In this document: positions 47,601-58,264 of the stretch, one piece after another
Layout of the letters: each line of letters opens with the position of its first letter
Position numbering within the stretch: the first letter of the stretch is position 1
DNA from: Rhodothermales bacterium
GTDB taxonomy: Bacteria > Bacteroidota > Rhodothermia > Rhodothermales > Bin80
Assembly: GCA_965219915.1 (NCBI GenBank)
Contig: OZ244794.1
Location: 2,833,118-2,897,117 of the forward strand
Reading direction: 5' to 3'
DNA: 64,000 nt
Program-made: the position numbers and the translations under genes
The notes under the pieces: model-generated
Seen by the model: the letters and a program-made list of their open reading frames with translations, nothing else
The model's database searches: none
Told to the model about the DNA's origin: nothing

Positions 47601-48992
47601 ATGGGATCAGTTAATGGTCGCGGACAGTGGAGTGGCCGGCTCGGCTTTATTCTGGCTGCCGCAGGAAGTGCTATTGGACTCGGAAATATCTGGCGTTTTC
47701 CGTACTCCGTGGCCGAAGGCGGTGGAGGGCTTTTCGTCCTTATGTATCTGATTTTCGTTCTGGCAATCGGACTACCAGTGCTATTGGCTGAACTCTCTCT
47801 GGGGCGTGCTTCTCAACGTAATCCGGTGGGTGCATTTAAGGCACTGATCCCTGGTAAATTCTGGCCGTACGTGGGTGGACTTGGTGTCGTCACCGGTGCG
47901 GGAATCCTTGCATTTTATTCGGTTATCGCCGGATGGACAGTAGGGTATCTCGGTAAAGCTGTGTCTGGCGAATTATCGCAGGCACACGATGGCGACACGA
48001 GTGGTGCCATCTTCACGGAATTTGTAGCAGATCCTTTCTGGCCCATTCTGCTCTGCGGCCTGTTTCTCCTGCTTACGCTGATTGTCGTACGAAGAGGCGT
48101 ATCCAAGGGCATTGAACGTGCGGCCACTCTATTAATGCCCGCACTCTTTGTTCTGCTGATCCTATTGGCCATTCGGGCAGTGACCCTGCCCGGAGGTATT
48201 GATGGGCTCACCTATCTCTTTACGCCGGACTGGTCTAAACTTAGCTTGAATGTTGTTATGGGAGCGCTTGGACAAGCATTGTTTAGTCTAAGTTTAGGCA
48301 TGGGCGCTATGATCACTTTCGGATCCTATATGTCTAAACGGGAAAACCTTTGGCAGTCGGGTATCTATGTTGCAATCGCGGATACTGGCATAGCCATACT
48401 GGCAGGTCTTATCATTTTTCCCGCTCTTTTCTTCGCGAATGCCGATCCCAGTGCTGGACCAGGCCTCGTGTTCGTGATACTACCTACCATCTTCAATCAG
48501 ATGCCCTTGGGGACTGTGTTTGCCACAGCGTTTTTCTCATTGCTGGCTATCGCCGCGCTCACCTCCACTGTCAGCCTACTAGAAGTGGTTGTTGCGTACT
48601 TCGTGGATGAGAAAGGATGGACCCGTAACCGGGCCGCCACCTTTGTCAGCGGAATCTGCTTTGCATTGGCTGTACCGTCAGCCCTTGCATTCGGCGCAGT
48701 ATCGGCGCTCTCAGGCGGAGAGGACGGGATTCTCCCATTTGGACTTGACTTCCTTACCCTAAACAATAACATCTGGGGAAATTACTCCCTGAGCCTAGGG
48801 GCATTCCTGATTTGCGTCGCGGTTGGATGGGTATGGGGTGTACCTAAACTGCTTGCGGCCCTCGAGGACGGGGGCGATCGCACGTTTCCAATCCCAGGGG
48901 GCCCTGTGGTAGGATTCCTGATCAAAGTTATTTGCCCATTGGCTGTACTTACTGTCCTAATATTCATATTAGTAACCGGACAATATTTCTAA
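47601..48992 (+). CDS. sodium-dependent transporter, SNF (neurotransmitter:sodium symporter) family
   Basis: The 463-aa ORF contains WSGRLGFILAAAGSAIGLGNIWRFPY, the hallmark NSS N-terminus. Confidence 0.9.
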   Translation: MGSVNGRGQWSGRLGFILAAAGSAIGLGNIWRFPYSVAEGGGGLFVLMYLIFVLAIGLPVLLAELSLGRASQRNPVGAFKALIPGKFWPYVGGLGVVTGAGILAFYSVIAGWTVGYLGKAVSGELSQAHDGDTSGAIFTEFVADPFWPILLCGLFLLLTLIVVRRGVSKGIERAATLLMPALFVLLILLAIRAVTLPGGIDGLTYLFTPDWSKLSLNVVMGALGQALFSLSLGMGAMITFGSYMSKRENLWQSGIYVAIADTGIAILAGLIIFPALFFANADPSAGPGLVFVILPTIFNQMPLGTVFATAFFSLLAIAALTSTVSLLEVVVAYFVDEKGWTRNRAATFVSGICFALAVPSALAFGAVSALSGGEDGILPFGLDFLTLNNNIWGNYSLSLGAFLICVAVGWVWGVPKLLAALEDGGDRTFPIPGGPVVGFLIKVICPLAVLTVLIFILVTGQYF

Positions 48993-49051
48993 GCCATACC
49001 AGACCATGGCATGGTCAAGACTGATCCATATGCACCAGAACGATCCACAGT

Positions 49052-50413
49052 TTGGCACCCCCTGAAGGTTCTCCTATAGCTGCACTGGACCTGTTGGTAC
49101 AGTCTCACAGTGCATCGGTATCACCGATCGAGATTATTGTCTTTCTGCTGCTGCTATTGGCCAGCGCAGTTGTATCCGGTGCTGAGGTTGCACTCTTCTC
49201 ACTCCGCGCGACCGACCGTGAGACACTCACTGCGAGTGGAGATCACCGGAGTCGACGCGTACTTTCCCTTCTCGATAATCCGCGCCGCCTCCTAGTCACT
49301 ATTCTGCTGCTCAATACGCTCATCAATGTCTCGGCCGCAATCCTCGCAGCATTGGTGACCGAACGCGTGGCAGAATCTATGGGACTAAGACCGGAATTTG
49401 TTTTTGCACTGGAGGTCGTCGCACTAACCTTTACGTTGCTCATTTTCTCTGAAATTACCCCTAAGCTGATTGCCTCCAGATATGCTCTAACCTACAGCCG
49501 TCGTGTAGCAGGGATCCTCAAAATAGTCTCATGGCCTCTGTATCCGGTCACTACACTCCTTGCACGCATGACCACTCGCATACATGGGATTTATCACAAC
49601 TGGAATGGGGATGAGAAGTCAGATTTACTTTCCACTGACGATCTGCGAGTCATGGCTGAGATCGGCAAAGACCATGGATCATTGGAAGAAGATGAGCATG
49701 GCTGGATTCAGTCACTGCTTGACTTTGGAGATACTACGGTTCGTGCCATTATGGTGAATCGCCTGGATATCTCGGCACTGCCTATTACCGCCTCCCTGGA
49801 AGAGGCCCTGGAATTAATTCGTATCTGTGGACATTCACGACTGCCACTCTATAAGGACCACCTGGACAACATCCAGGGTGTTGTCTATGCCAAGGACTTG
49901 CTTCCATACGTGAATCAGCCTGATGCTACGATTGATTGGACTCATCTTATGAGACCACCTATATTTGTGCCGCTCGGCCGAAAACTGGATGACCTTCTCC
50001 AGGATTTTCAACATCGTAAAACTCATCTGGCCATCGTGGTAGATGAATATGGCGGCACCGCAGGACTCGTAACCCTAGATGATGTCCTGGAGGAAGTCGT
50101 TGGGGAAATGGAGGATGAGCATGACGAAGTCAGAGATACACTCATCATTCCCCTGGGTAATCGCCAGTACAAGGTTGATGCCCGAATAAACCTGGATGAC
50201 CTTAATGTGGCGGCCAACATCTCGCTGCCAACCGATACTTATGAATTTGAAACGTTGGGCGGCCTTATATTTCACTTGGCCGGAGATATTCCCGAGCCAG
50301 GTTATACCACCGTGCATGACCGCATGGAAATCTCCGTAGATGAAGTGGAAAACAACCGGATTCGTATGGTGCACATTCGGATTCGCGCTGCTCCCAAAGA
50401 GTCAAACGGATAA
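49052..50413 (+). CDS. CNNM/CorC-type hemolysin-family protein (DUF21 + CBS pair + CorC_HlyC; GldE-like)
   Basis: The 453-aa ORF has an N-terminal four-helix DUF21 region, CBS-pair segments (VRAIMVNRLDI..., VVDEYGGTAGLVTLDDVLEEVVGE) and a C-terminal transporter-associated domain. Confidence 0.85.
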   Translation: MAPPEGSPIAALDLLVQSHSASVSPIEIIVFLLLLLASAVVSGAEVALFSLRATDRETLTASGDHRSRRVLSLLDNPRRLLVTILLLNTLINVSAAILAALVTERVAESMGLRPEFVFALEVVALTFTLLIFSEITPKLIASRYALTYSRRVAGILKIVSWPLYPVTTLLARMTTRIHGIYHNWNGDEKSDLLSTDDLRVMAEIGKDHGSLEEDEHGWIQSLLDFGDTTVRAIMVNRLDISALPITASLEEALELIRICGHSRLPLYKDHLDNIQGVVYAKDLLPYVNQPDATIDWTHLMRPPIFVPLGRKLDDLLQDFQHRKTHLAIVVDEYGGTAGLVTLDDVLEEVVGEMEDEHDEVRDTLIIPLGNRQYKVDARINLDDLNVAANISLPTDTYEFETLGGLIFHLAGDIPEPGYTTVHDRMEISVDEVENNRIRMVHIRIRAAPKESNG

Positions 50414-50488
50414 TTCGGTAATAACTGAAACCACGACACAGTCGCTGAATTTAACAACCCATCGACTATCCCGTGCAGCCTGAGGCGC

Positions 50489-51985
50489 ATGGACAGTATA
50501 CGTGACCATTGCGGCGTCTTTGGAATTTTTAATTCCCCGGAAGCTGCTCGACTTACCTACTTCGGTCTGCATGCCCTCCAACACAGGGGACAGGAGTCTT
50601 GTGGGATCGTCACATCTTCCTTTGACCACGGCCGACAGCGTCGTGTCATGTCTGCTGTGCGAGATTTCGGGCTCGTCCTGGATGTCTTCGACAATCCTGC
50701 GCTATTTAAAGACCCGCTGAGCGGCTCATCAGCCATTGGCCACACAAGGTACTCTACGAGCGGGTCCGCTATCAAACGCGCCAATATCCAGCCCCTCCAT
50801 GTTCAGTACCGTGGAGGTAATCTTGCGATAGCTCACAATGGAAATCTTTCCAACGTTACCGAGCTTAGGGCTTCGTTCAGCGAGCGAGGCACACTGTTTC
50901 AATCAACGTCTGATACGGAACTCATCCTGCACCTGATTGCACAAAGCCGCCGCACCAGACAGATTGATCAGATTCTTGACGCCCTCACACAGGTGGAAGG
51001 TGGATACGCGCTGGCCCTGCTCACAGACGACAGCCTGATTGCCGTTCGGGATCCGAATGGATTTCGCCCCCTTGCACTGGGCCGACTTCGCAATTCAAGC
51101 GAAGACGGCACGATGACCTATTGCGTCGCCAGTGAAACCTGTGCCTTCGATATGATCGGCGCCGAGTATATACGCGATATTGATCCAGGAGAGGTTATCA
51201 CCATTGACACGGAAGCCTGCAAGACTGGGCGCTTCCATAGTGAGCGCCTGAACAGCCGTCACGGTGTAAGTCAATGCATCTTCGAGTACATCTACTTCTC
51301 CCGACCAGACTCACGTATTTATGGGGAGATGGTGGATAAGGTGCGTCGCAAGTTTGGCAAACAGCTGGCACACGATGCTCCTGTGCCGCGCGTTCAAGCA
51401 GAAGAGAAAGCCCCTCTGGTGATATCGGTTCCTGACTCTTCTAACACCGCCACACTTGGCTACGTAAGCGAATGCCAGAAACTCGGATATCGCTGCAAAT
51501 ATGACATCGGGCTGATCCGTAACCACTACGTTGGCCGAACATTCATCGCACCGGGGCAGGATAGCCGCGAAATGCGTGTTCGATGCAAGTTCAATACAGT
51601 TGACGGCCTGCTGAAAGACCGTATTGTCGTGGTGGTTGACGACTCAATCGTGCGCGGCACAACGGCCAGGCTCCTTGTAAAGATGATCAAGGAAGCCGGC
51701 GCCAAGGAGGTTCACTTCCGTGTGGCCTCACCGACGGTCATGAACCCCTGCTTCTATGGCATGGACTTCCCCAGTAAGCAAGAGTTGCTTTCAAGTAAGT
51801 TTGACGACGTAACGGCTATCGGAGAATGGCTCGGCGTTGACTCCCTTGCCTATCTCACGGTAGCGGGCCTGAAAAAAGCAGTGCGCGCCGCCCACGACAG
51901 TCCACACGGCTATTGTGACGCATGCTTCACGGGCGTCTACCCCGTACCAGTGGATATGTGCGCCAGTAAGGAAGCCTACGACTGA
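50489..51985 (+). CDS. purF: amidophosphoribosyltransferase
   Basis: The 498-aa ORF has the Ntn Cys after a short propeptide (MDSIRDH|CGVFGIF). The PRPP motif is VVVVDDSIVRGTT. A C-terminal Cys cluster (CDACFTGVYP) follows. Confidence 0.93.
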   Translation: MDSIRDHCGVFGIFNSPEAARLTYFGLHALQHRGQESCGIVTSSFDHGRQRRVMSAVRDFGLVLDVFDNPALFKDPLSGSSAIGHTRYSTSGSAIKRANIQPLHVQYRGGNLAIAHNGNLSNVTELRASFSERGTLFQSTSDTELILHLIAQSRRTRQIDQILDALTQVEGGYALALLTDDSLIAVRDPNGFRPLALGRLRNSSEDGTMTYCVASETCAFDMIGAEYIRDIDPGEVITIDTEACKTGRFHSERLNSRHGVSQCIFEYIYFSRPDSRIYGEMVDKVRRKFGKQLAHDAPVPRVQAEEKAPLVISVPDSSNTATLGYVSECQKLGYRCKYDIGLIRNHYVGRTFIAPGQDSREMRVRCKFNTVDGLLKDRIVVVVDDSIVRGTTARLLVKMIKEAGAKEVHFRVASPTVMNPCFYGMDFPSKQELLSSKFDDVTAIGEWLGVDSLAYLTVAGLKKAVRAAHDSPHGYCDACFTGVYPVPVDMCASKEAYD

Positions 51986-51988
51986 CTG

Positions 51989-52465
51989 CTATGATCCGTC
52001 TGTTGGCGGCTCACAGGTTGGTGGACGGTTAGTATCTGCCAAGTAGACGATTTTCCATCCCTCGTCAGTCCGATAGAGCTGCATTGAGTTCACGCCGCAG
52101 TGACTCATGTTTTCGCCAAGAAAGAATGCGAACTCCATCCAGGCGGAAGCCAGTCGGCCATCAATCGAGATATGGACATCCCAAATCCGCTCATCCCATA
52201 CCTGATCATGTGGTGTACCGACCGCACGTACGAACTGATCGGGTGGACCAACCCTGAAGCCTTGGTCGGTTGCACGGCCCATCAGAGCGGATTCGTGCAT
52301 CACACTCCGCACCATCGTACTGTCTCCCGCACGCATTCCGTCAAACAGACGGTCGATTACCGCCCTAACTTCATCCATCTCCTCCGATTGCGCCTGCGCT
52401 GCTGGAGAGTATATACAGGCTAACAGCATCAATCCTAGAGTGAGTACATAAGTGGTTTTTTTCAT
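51989..52465 (-). CDS. NTF2-like/SnoaL-like (DUF4440-type) secreted protein
   Basis: The start is taken at MKKTTYVLTLGLMLLACIYSPAAQA (signal or lipoprotein-like). The body is about 130 aa, with AVIDRLFDGMRAGD...WMEFAFFLGE typical of NTF2-like folds. Confidence 0.5.
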   Translation of the reverse strand: MKKTTYVLTLGLMLLACIYSPAAQAQSEEMDEVRAVIDRLFDGMRAGDSTMVRSVMHESALMGRATDQGFRVGPPDQFVRAVGTPHDQVWDERIWDVHISIDGRLASAWMEFAFFLGENMSHCGVNSMQLYRTDEGWKIVYLADTNRPPTCEPPTDGS

Positions 52466-52839
52466 TGTTGTATTGTTTTTCCGGCTAAGGCAACCCTTAT
52501 CCGTGGGCATTCGTTCCATTTTTCGGCTGAGATGATATTTTCATATTAGAAGACTGTCGTACAAAGCCATCACAATCTGTTAGATCTATGCCGTTTCAAT
52601 TTGTGGTTGGTTGCGTGCCTAGTCATTTCAAACACCGACCGTACAGATGAGCTTCGGTCAACATTTTATTGATGCAGTTGCTGTAGCGGGACCCTTTAAT
52701 GCAGGCCAATCACAGGATCCCGCTATCCTTTGTCGGCTAGTCGGGTCGGATCAGGCCCAAACTCTTCGCAAAAATTAATTATGCCCCCTGGAGCATCCTT
52801 CTCTAAAACTCAAGCGCCTTTTTCCAATATTCTTGAACC

Positions 52840-54948
52840 ATGAATATGAGATTCGGAGTCGCTGTGCTGACGTTTGCGCTGTCAGCATCCGCTGTGGGAC
52901 AGCCGATTTGGACGATTGGAGAGGCAGGACACACTTCGGTGGTTTATTCCGTAGCATTTTCACCGGACGGCACGCAGTTGGCCTCTGGCTCAGAAGACAA
53001 AACAATCCGTCTGTGGGATCTGGCCACTGGCCAGGAAGTACGGCGCTTTGAAGGACATACAGGTACTGTTCGTTCCGTAGTATTTTCACCAGACGGCACG
53101 CAGTTGGCTTCTGGATCACTTGACCATACAATCCGTCTGTGGGATGTGGCTACGGGGCAGGAATTACGACGCTTCGAAGGGCATACTATGGAGGTTCCTT
53201 CCGTGGCATTTTCACCGGATGGCAAGCAATTGGCTTCTGCGGGATGGGACTCTACGATCCGTCTGTGGGATGTCGCCACGGGGCAGGAAGCGCGGCGCTT
53301 TGAAGGGTCTATATATGCGTTTTATTCCGTGGCATTTTCACCGGACGGTAAGCAGCTGGCCTCTGGATCAGCGGACGGTACGATCAGTCTGTGGGATGTG
53401 GCCACGGGGCAGAACGTGCGGAGCTTTGTAAGGATTGCAGGTCAGGTTAATTCTGTAGCATTTTCACCGGACGGCAAGCAGCTGGCGTCTGGGGGAAACC
53501 GACGGAATCTCTATCTGTGGGATGTAGCCACGGGACAGGTAGTGCGGCGCTTTGCTGAGCATCTCGATGCTATTCGTTCTGTAGTATTTTCACCGGACGG
53601 CACGCTACTGGCCTCTATGGGGGGCATTGATTTCCGTCTGTTTGATGTAGCCACGGGACAGGATTGGTATGATACCTTATATCATCCAGGTGCTCGTTCG
53701 GTAGTATTTTCACCGGACGGCACGCAGTTGGCTTCTGGGGGCACTGACAGGAGTGTTCGTTTGTGGGATGTGGCCACGGGACAGGAAATGCGATACTTTG
53801 GAGGGCGAGCAGGTTGGGTTTATTCCGTTGTATTTTCACCGGATGGCAAGCAGCTGGCCTCTGGCTCACCGGACGGTAGGATCCATCTCTGGGATTCAGC
53901 CACGGGGCAAGAAGTGCGGCGATTTGAAAGGCATAAGGCCAGGGTAAGGTCCGTTGTATTTTCACCGGACGGCACGCAGCTGGCCTCTGGCTCAGATGAC
54001 AGAACAATCCGTCTGTGGGATCTAGCCACGGGGCAGGTACTGTGGCACTTTGCAGGGCATAGAGATAGGGTTCGTACCGTAGCATTTTCGCCGGACGGCA
54101 CGCAACTGGCCTCTGGATCATATGACCATACGATCCGTCTGTGGAATGTGGCCACGGGACAGGTAGTGCGACTCATTGGAAGGCATGGAGATTCGGTCTA
54201 TTCCGTAGTATTTTCCCCGAACGGCGCGCAGCTGGCTTCTGGGTCAGATGACAGAACAATTCGTCTTTGGGATATAGCCACCGGGCAGGAGCTACGGCGC
54301 CTTGAAGGGCATACAGATGGAGTTCTTTCCGTAGTATTTTCACCAGACGGCACGCAGCTAGCCTCTACATCATGGAAGGGTCCGATTCATCTATGGGATA
54401 TAGCCACGGGGCAGGAAGTCCGACGCTTTGAAGGGCATACCGGTTCCGTTAGTTCCGTGGTATTTTCACAGGACGGTGCACAACTAATTTCTGGGGCGTA
54501 TGACGGTACGATCCGTATGTGGGATGTGGCCACAGGGCAGGAAATAGATCAGCTGGATCACAAGGGCATTGTTTTCTCCATAGCTATTTCCGGGAATGAA
54601 CGACTCATCGCATCGGCTGGAGAAGGAGGCCTCTGGTTATGGGATGCCACGGCTACAGTATTGGAGACAGTACGTGCCCCAAGTTCAGAGATCCCGGCGA
54701 CCCTTACACACTTTCCGAATCCCGCAGAGGCATTCACCACGATCGAATACGTGCTTTCAAAAGCGAGTCAGGTCCGGTTGTCAGTCCATGACCTTCTTGG
54801 ACGTGAGGTGATCAGTGTACTGGATGCAGCCCAAGCAACCGGTTCCCACAGTCTACAATTGGCCACGGGGAAGCTATCAGGAGGAATATATTTTCTGCGG
54901 CTCGTCACCAATGACTGGCATATGACACAACCGTTAATCGTACACTGA
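52840..54948 (+). CDS. secreted 14-repeat WD40 protein with a T9SS C-terminal sorting domain
   Basis: It has a signal peptide (MNMRFGVAVLTFALSASAVGQ) and 14 units of the form GHTxxVxSVxFSPDGTQLASGSxDxTIRLWDVATGQExRRFE. The C-terminus is FPNPAEAFTTIEY...GGIYFLRL (T9SS type A CTD pattern). Confidence 0.88.
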   Translation: MNMRFGVAVLTFALSASAVGQPIWTIGEAGHTSVVYSVAFSPDGTQLASGSEDKTIRLWDLATGQEVRRFEGHTGTVRSVVFSPDGTQLASGSLDHTIRLWDVATGQELRRFEGHTMEVPSVAFSPDGKQLASAGWDSTIRLWDVATGQEARRFEGSIYAFYSVAFSPDGKQLASGSADGTISLWDVATGQNVRSFVRIAGQVNSVAFSPDGKQLASGGNRRNLYLWDVATGQVVRRFAEHLDAIRSVVFSPDGTLLASMGGIDFRLFDVATGQDWYDTLYHPGARSVVFSPDGTQLASGGTDRSVRLWDVATGQEMRYFGGRAGWVYSVVFSPDGKQLASGSPDGRIHLWDSATGQEVRRFERHKARVRSVVFSPDGTQLASGSDDRTIRLWDLATGQVLWHFAGHRDRVRTVAFSPDGTQLASGSYDHTIRLWNVATGQVVRLIGRHGDSVYSVVFSPNGAQLASGSDDRTIRLWDIATGQELRRLEGHTDGVLSVVFSPDGTQLASTSWKGPIHLWDIATGQEVRRFEGHTGSVSSVVFSQDGAQLISGAYDGTIRMWDVATGQEIDQLDHKGIVFSIAISGNERLIASAGEGGLWLWDATATVLETVRAPSSEIPATLTHFPNPAEAFTTIEYVLSKASQVRLSVHDLLGREVISVLDAAQATGSHSLQLATGKLSGGIYFLRLVTNDWHMTQPLIVH
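52927..54654 (+). repeat. array of 14 in-frame units of about 126 bp (WD40 blades) with long near-identical DNA stretches
   Basis: Recurrent strings such as ttttcaccggacggcacgcagttggcctctgg and atccgtctgtgggatgtggccacggggcaggaa appear every 126 bp or so. Confidence 0.9.
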
Positions 54949-55469
54949 CCTAGAATTGGGGCACTCACGTCCTCGGAATAGAATGAAGCTACAATTATAG
55001 CCGGTTGAACTCGTCCGTTTGATGCAGATGCATAACATTAGAGCCAGTACAGGGAACGGACAATCTTCTTTTCTAATTGAGACAGGACGGCTCGGTATCC
55101 TGCCAGACATTGTTTGCAGTTGGTCTATTGATGGGGAAGGCTGCGTCTGGAATAGGATCACAGCGTTCGTCATTTTCATCAGGCCTTCGTTCGCACGCAC
55201 AAAAGTCTTTACCTAGCCCGAATTTCCGGGGAGTATCACCCATATATGTAATCACAGAAAATCTTATGAATCAAGCCTGAAAACGGCCTTATTGCATATA
55301 TATTCACATTTTTCATGAACTTACGAACAGTCTCACTAAATTGATCTTCGGTACACATAACGCGCAGGAGGTGCATGCATCTCTTTTCTGAGCAAACCGT
55401 CTTGCACTTGCGTTCATGCTCGGAAGGTTTCTATTGTACACTCCTCCGGCTCGGACTATCAATAGATTT

Positions 55470-56594
55470 ATGTCTGCTAAGCTTAACCAGTCTGAACGTC
55501 TGCGATATGCGCGACAAATCGCTTTGGAAAAGATGGGGATTGCCGGGCAGGAAAAACTCAAGACCGCTTCTGTTCTGGTCGTTGGTGTAGGTGGGCTGGG
55601 ATCATCGTTGTCCCTCTATCTTGCTGCTGCGGGGGTCGGACATCTAGGGTTGGTTGATTTCGATGTCGTGAAAAAAAGCAACCTCCATCGGCAAATCCTA
55701 CACACAGACGAATTCCTGGAGGCCTCCAAACTTGATTCGGCCCTTGCTGCCCTGAAAGCCCGTAATCCTCACACCAGAATAACCCGGCACAACGTCCGTC
55801 TGGAAAGAGATAGCGCAATGGATATCCTTCAAGGATACCAGATCGTTGCTGATTGCTCGGATAATTTTGCCACACGCTACCTCGTCAATGACGCCTGCGT
55901 ACTACTGGGGATCCCCAACGTGTACGGTAGTGTCTATCAATTTGAAGGACAGGTGACTGTATTGTGTCACTCCGATGGCCCATGCTACCGTTGCCTCCAT
56001 CCCAATCCACCCCCGGCCGGACTCGTACCTACCTGCGCAGAAAGTGGCGTACTCGGCGTACTTCCGGGAGTAATAGGGGTGCTTCAGGCAAACGAAGTTC
56101 TGAAACTGCTTCTCAACATCGGTCGGCCTCTCATTAGACGTATGACACTGATCAACGCTCTAGATTCAGAATGGAAAACACTGACCCTCCCTAAAGACGA
56201 TGACTGTCACCTCTGTGGAAAATCTCCAACAATCAAGACACTTATCGACTACGAGGACTTTTGCGGAACCGCACCTCATATCAGTGCAGCAGAGTTGAGC
56301 ATACTCAAGGAAAGCTGCACGCCGTTCTTTCTTCTTGACGTCCGGAGAACCGATGAGGCAGCTGTCGTCAGCATGGGAGCCGACCAGCTAATCCCGGTTG
56401 AATCCCTCCCGGACCGACTATCAGAAATCGAAGCAACCCCCAGCGAGCGCATTGTCGTTCATTGCCAAACAGGTCTTCGATCCAGACATGCCGTACAGCT
56501 ACTTCACAACGCCGGATATCATCACGCAGTAAGCCTGGATGGCGGTATCCTAGCTTGGATCGAGCTGCAGACAGCGAAGGTCACACCCGATTAA
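55470..56594 (+). CDS. moeB: molybdopterin-synthase adenylyltransferase MoeB/ThiF-family E1-like enzyme with a C-terminal rhodanese domain
   Basis: The start is taken at MSAKLNQSERLRYARQIAL. The motifs are the nucleotide loop VVGVGGLGSSLSLYLAAAGVG, the zinc CxxC pairs (CYRC, CHLC) and the rhodanese active site VVHCQTGLRS. Confidence 0.85.
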   Translation: MSAKLNQSERLRYARQIALEKMGIAGQEKLKTASVLVVGVGGLGSSLSLYLAAAGVGHLGLVDFDVVKKSNLHRQILHTDEFLEASKLDSALAALKARNPHTRITRHNVRLERDSAMDILQGYQIVADCSDNFATRYLVNDACVLLGIPNVYGSVYQFEGQVTVLCHSDGPCYRCLHPNPPPAGLVPTCAESGVLGVLPGVIGVLQANEVLKLLLNIGRPLIRRMTLINALDSEWKTLTLPKDDDCHLCGKSPTIKTLIDYEDFCGTAPHISAAELSILKESCTPFFLLDVRRTDEAAVVSMGADQLIPVESLPDRLSEIEATPSERIVVHCQTGLRSRHAVQLLHNAGYHHAVSLDGGILAWIELQTAKVTPD

Positions 56595-56809
56595 CCTATC
56601 CCTGTCGTTTGGCTTGGAGATTTATTACTGTCAGCGACGATTCCACCGTTCTTCCCGCCTGGGCGGGTACTTGCGGCGGCGTAGTGGGACAATGAAGCTA
56701 TCTGCTGGCAGACATCGAATTGTCCCAACGACAGAAGATAGCATACCAGTTACTCCGCGAGTATCTTGTACCTGCTTTAAAACCTACCGTGCTTTTGCTC
56801 CACAACATC

Positions 56810-58264
56810 ATGAAGCGTCCACTAACTGTTGCGCTCTCGGTAACCTCGTTCCTGATACTGAGCATACAACTACCCGGTTACCAACCGGTTGATGCTCTCT
56901 ATCAATCAAGTACCGTGATCCGCACATCCCATTCTGAGGAAATCTCAAAACTAACAGCATCTGATCGGCCTCCAAACTTTATTGTGATCTTGGCAGATGA
57001 TCTTGGTTACGGCGATTTGGGAGCCTATGGTCAGAAGAAAATTCGCACGCCTAGTCTTGACCAAATGGCCGCAGAGGGCATGAGATTCACGAGTTTTTAC
57101 GCCGGACATACGGTCTGTGCACCATCCCGCATTGCCCTCCTGACTGGTGTGGACATGGCACATTCACGCACACGCTCCAACGCCGGTCCCGGGCTCCAGG
57201 AATCAGACATAACCGTGGCTGAGATACTCAAGGAAGCGGATTACGCCACAGGCATCTTCGGCAAATGGGGATTTGGAACACCGGAAAACGGTGCACCAAA
57301 CCGGCAGGGGTTTGATGAATTTCTGGGATACCTGGGACATGTCCATGCACACTCATACTATACGGACCACCTGTTCGGAATTCAGGACGGCAAAACAGAA
57401 CGAGTGCCTGTTGATACCACGCAGTATACACCGGATCTGTTTACGGAAGCGGGCCTGGACTTCATTACACGTCACAAGGATCGTCCATTCCTGTTATATC
57501 TCCCCTATCCGCTGGTGCATGCAGAGCTTCTGGTGCCGCAAGAATCCATGAGGCCCTATCAGGATAGCACCGGTCGCAGCCTCCTAATGCCAGAAAAACC
57601 GTTTCCCTGCTGCGGCGTCATTGGTACCTATCGTGGACAAGAGCAACCCCATGCAGCATTTGCGGGGATGGTTTCTAGACTTGACCGAGATGTTGGCCAG
57701 ATACTGGATCATCTCCGCAATCTCGGACTGAGCGATAACACGATCGTGTTATTCACCAGTGACAATGGTCCTCATGTTGAAGGGGGCGCTGATCCAGGTT
57801 TCTTTGAAAGTAACGGTCCTCTGCGGGGACTCAAACGTGATCTTTATGAGGGCGGTATCCGGGTTCCTGCAATTGCCTGGGGACCCGGGATCATACCTGG
57901 AGGCATCGTGAGTGAACATCCCTGGGGAGTCTGGGATTTCCCTGCGACTCTCGCTGACTTTGCGGACGTACCCTCACCCCTCACGAATGGGCTTTCGATG
58001 CGAAACCTACTGCTCAATGACGGACCGGTGACCCAGCATGAGTATTTTTACTGGGAATTCGATAACCGTTGGGGTGGACATTATGTGCAAGCAATCCGCC
58101 AGGATGATTGGAAATTCCTGCGTTTTGTTGAACCCGAACGAACCTGGATTGAACTGTACAACCTGCGTACAGATATTGGGGAATTCAATAACCTTGCCGC
58201 ACACTATCCAGAGATAACGATGAGATTGAGTAGCCTGATAGACAAGGTTCGTATGGATCTATGA
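56810..58264 (+). CDS. arylsulfatase (formylglycine-dependent sulfatase family)
   Basis: The start is taken at MKRPLTVALSVTSFLIL (signal). The motifs are PNFIVILADDLGYGDLG and the CxPxR FGly motif (HTVCAPSRIALLTG). Confidence 0.88.
   Translation: MKRPLTVALSVTSFLILSIQLPGYQPVDALYQSSTVIRTSHSEEISKLTASDRPPNFIVILADDLGYGDLGAYGQKKIRTPSLDQMAAEGMRFTSFYAGHTVCAPSRIALLTGVDMAHSRTRSNAGPGLQESDITVAEILKEADYATGIFGKWGFGTPENGAPNRQGFDEFLGYLGHVHAHSYYTDHLFGIQDGKTERVPVDTTQYTPDLFTEAGLDFITRHKDRPFLLYLPYPLVHAELLVPQESMRPYQDSTGRSLLMPEKPFPCCGVIGTYRGQEQPHAAFAGMVSRLDRDVGQILDHLRNLGLSDNTIVLFTSDNGPHVEGGADPGFFESNGPLRGLKRDLYEGGIRVPAIAWGPGIIPGGIVSEHPWGVWDFPATLADFADVPSPLTNGLSMRNLLLNDGPVTQHEYFYWEFDNRWGGHYVQAIRQDDWKFLRFVEPERTWIELYNLRTDIGEFNNLAAHYPEITMRLSSLIDKVRMDL

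Noticed and set aside
52927-54654. Regularly spaced repeats of about 126 bp that a repeat finder might flag as a CRISPR-like array
   Set aside because: The period is an in-frame multiple of 3 and the whole stretch is one continuous ORF encoding WD40 blades. There are no short invariant repeats separated by unique spacers, and no cas genes in the window.
55201-55469. Possible Moco riboswitch or other leader RNA upstream of moeB (duplicated gctcgga strings and a 500-bp non-coding gap)
   Set aside because: I cannot reproduce the Moco motif consensus from memory well enough to align it, and no convincing conserved stem architecture was found by eye. It needs an Infernal/Rfam scan.
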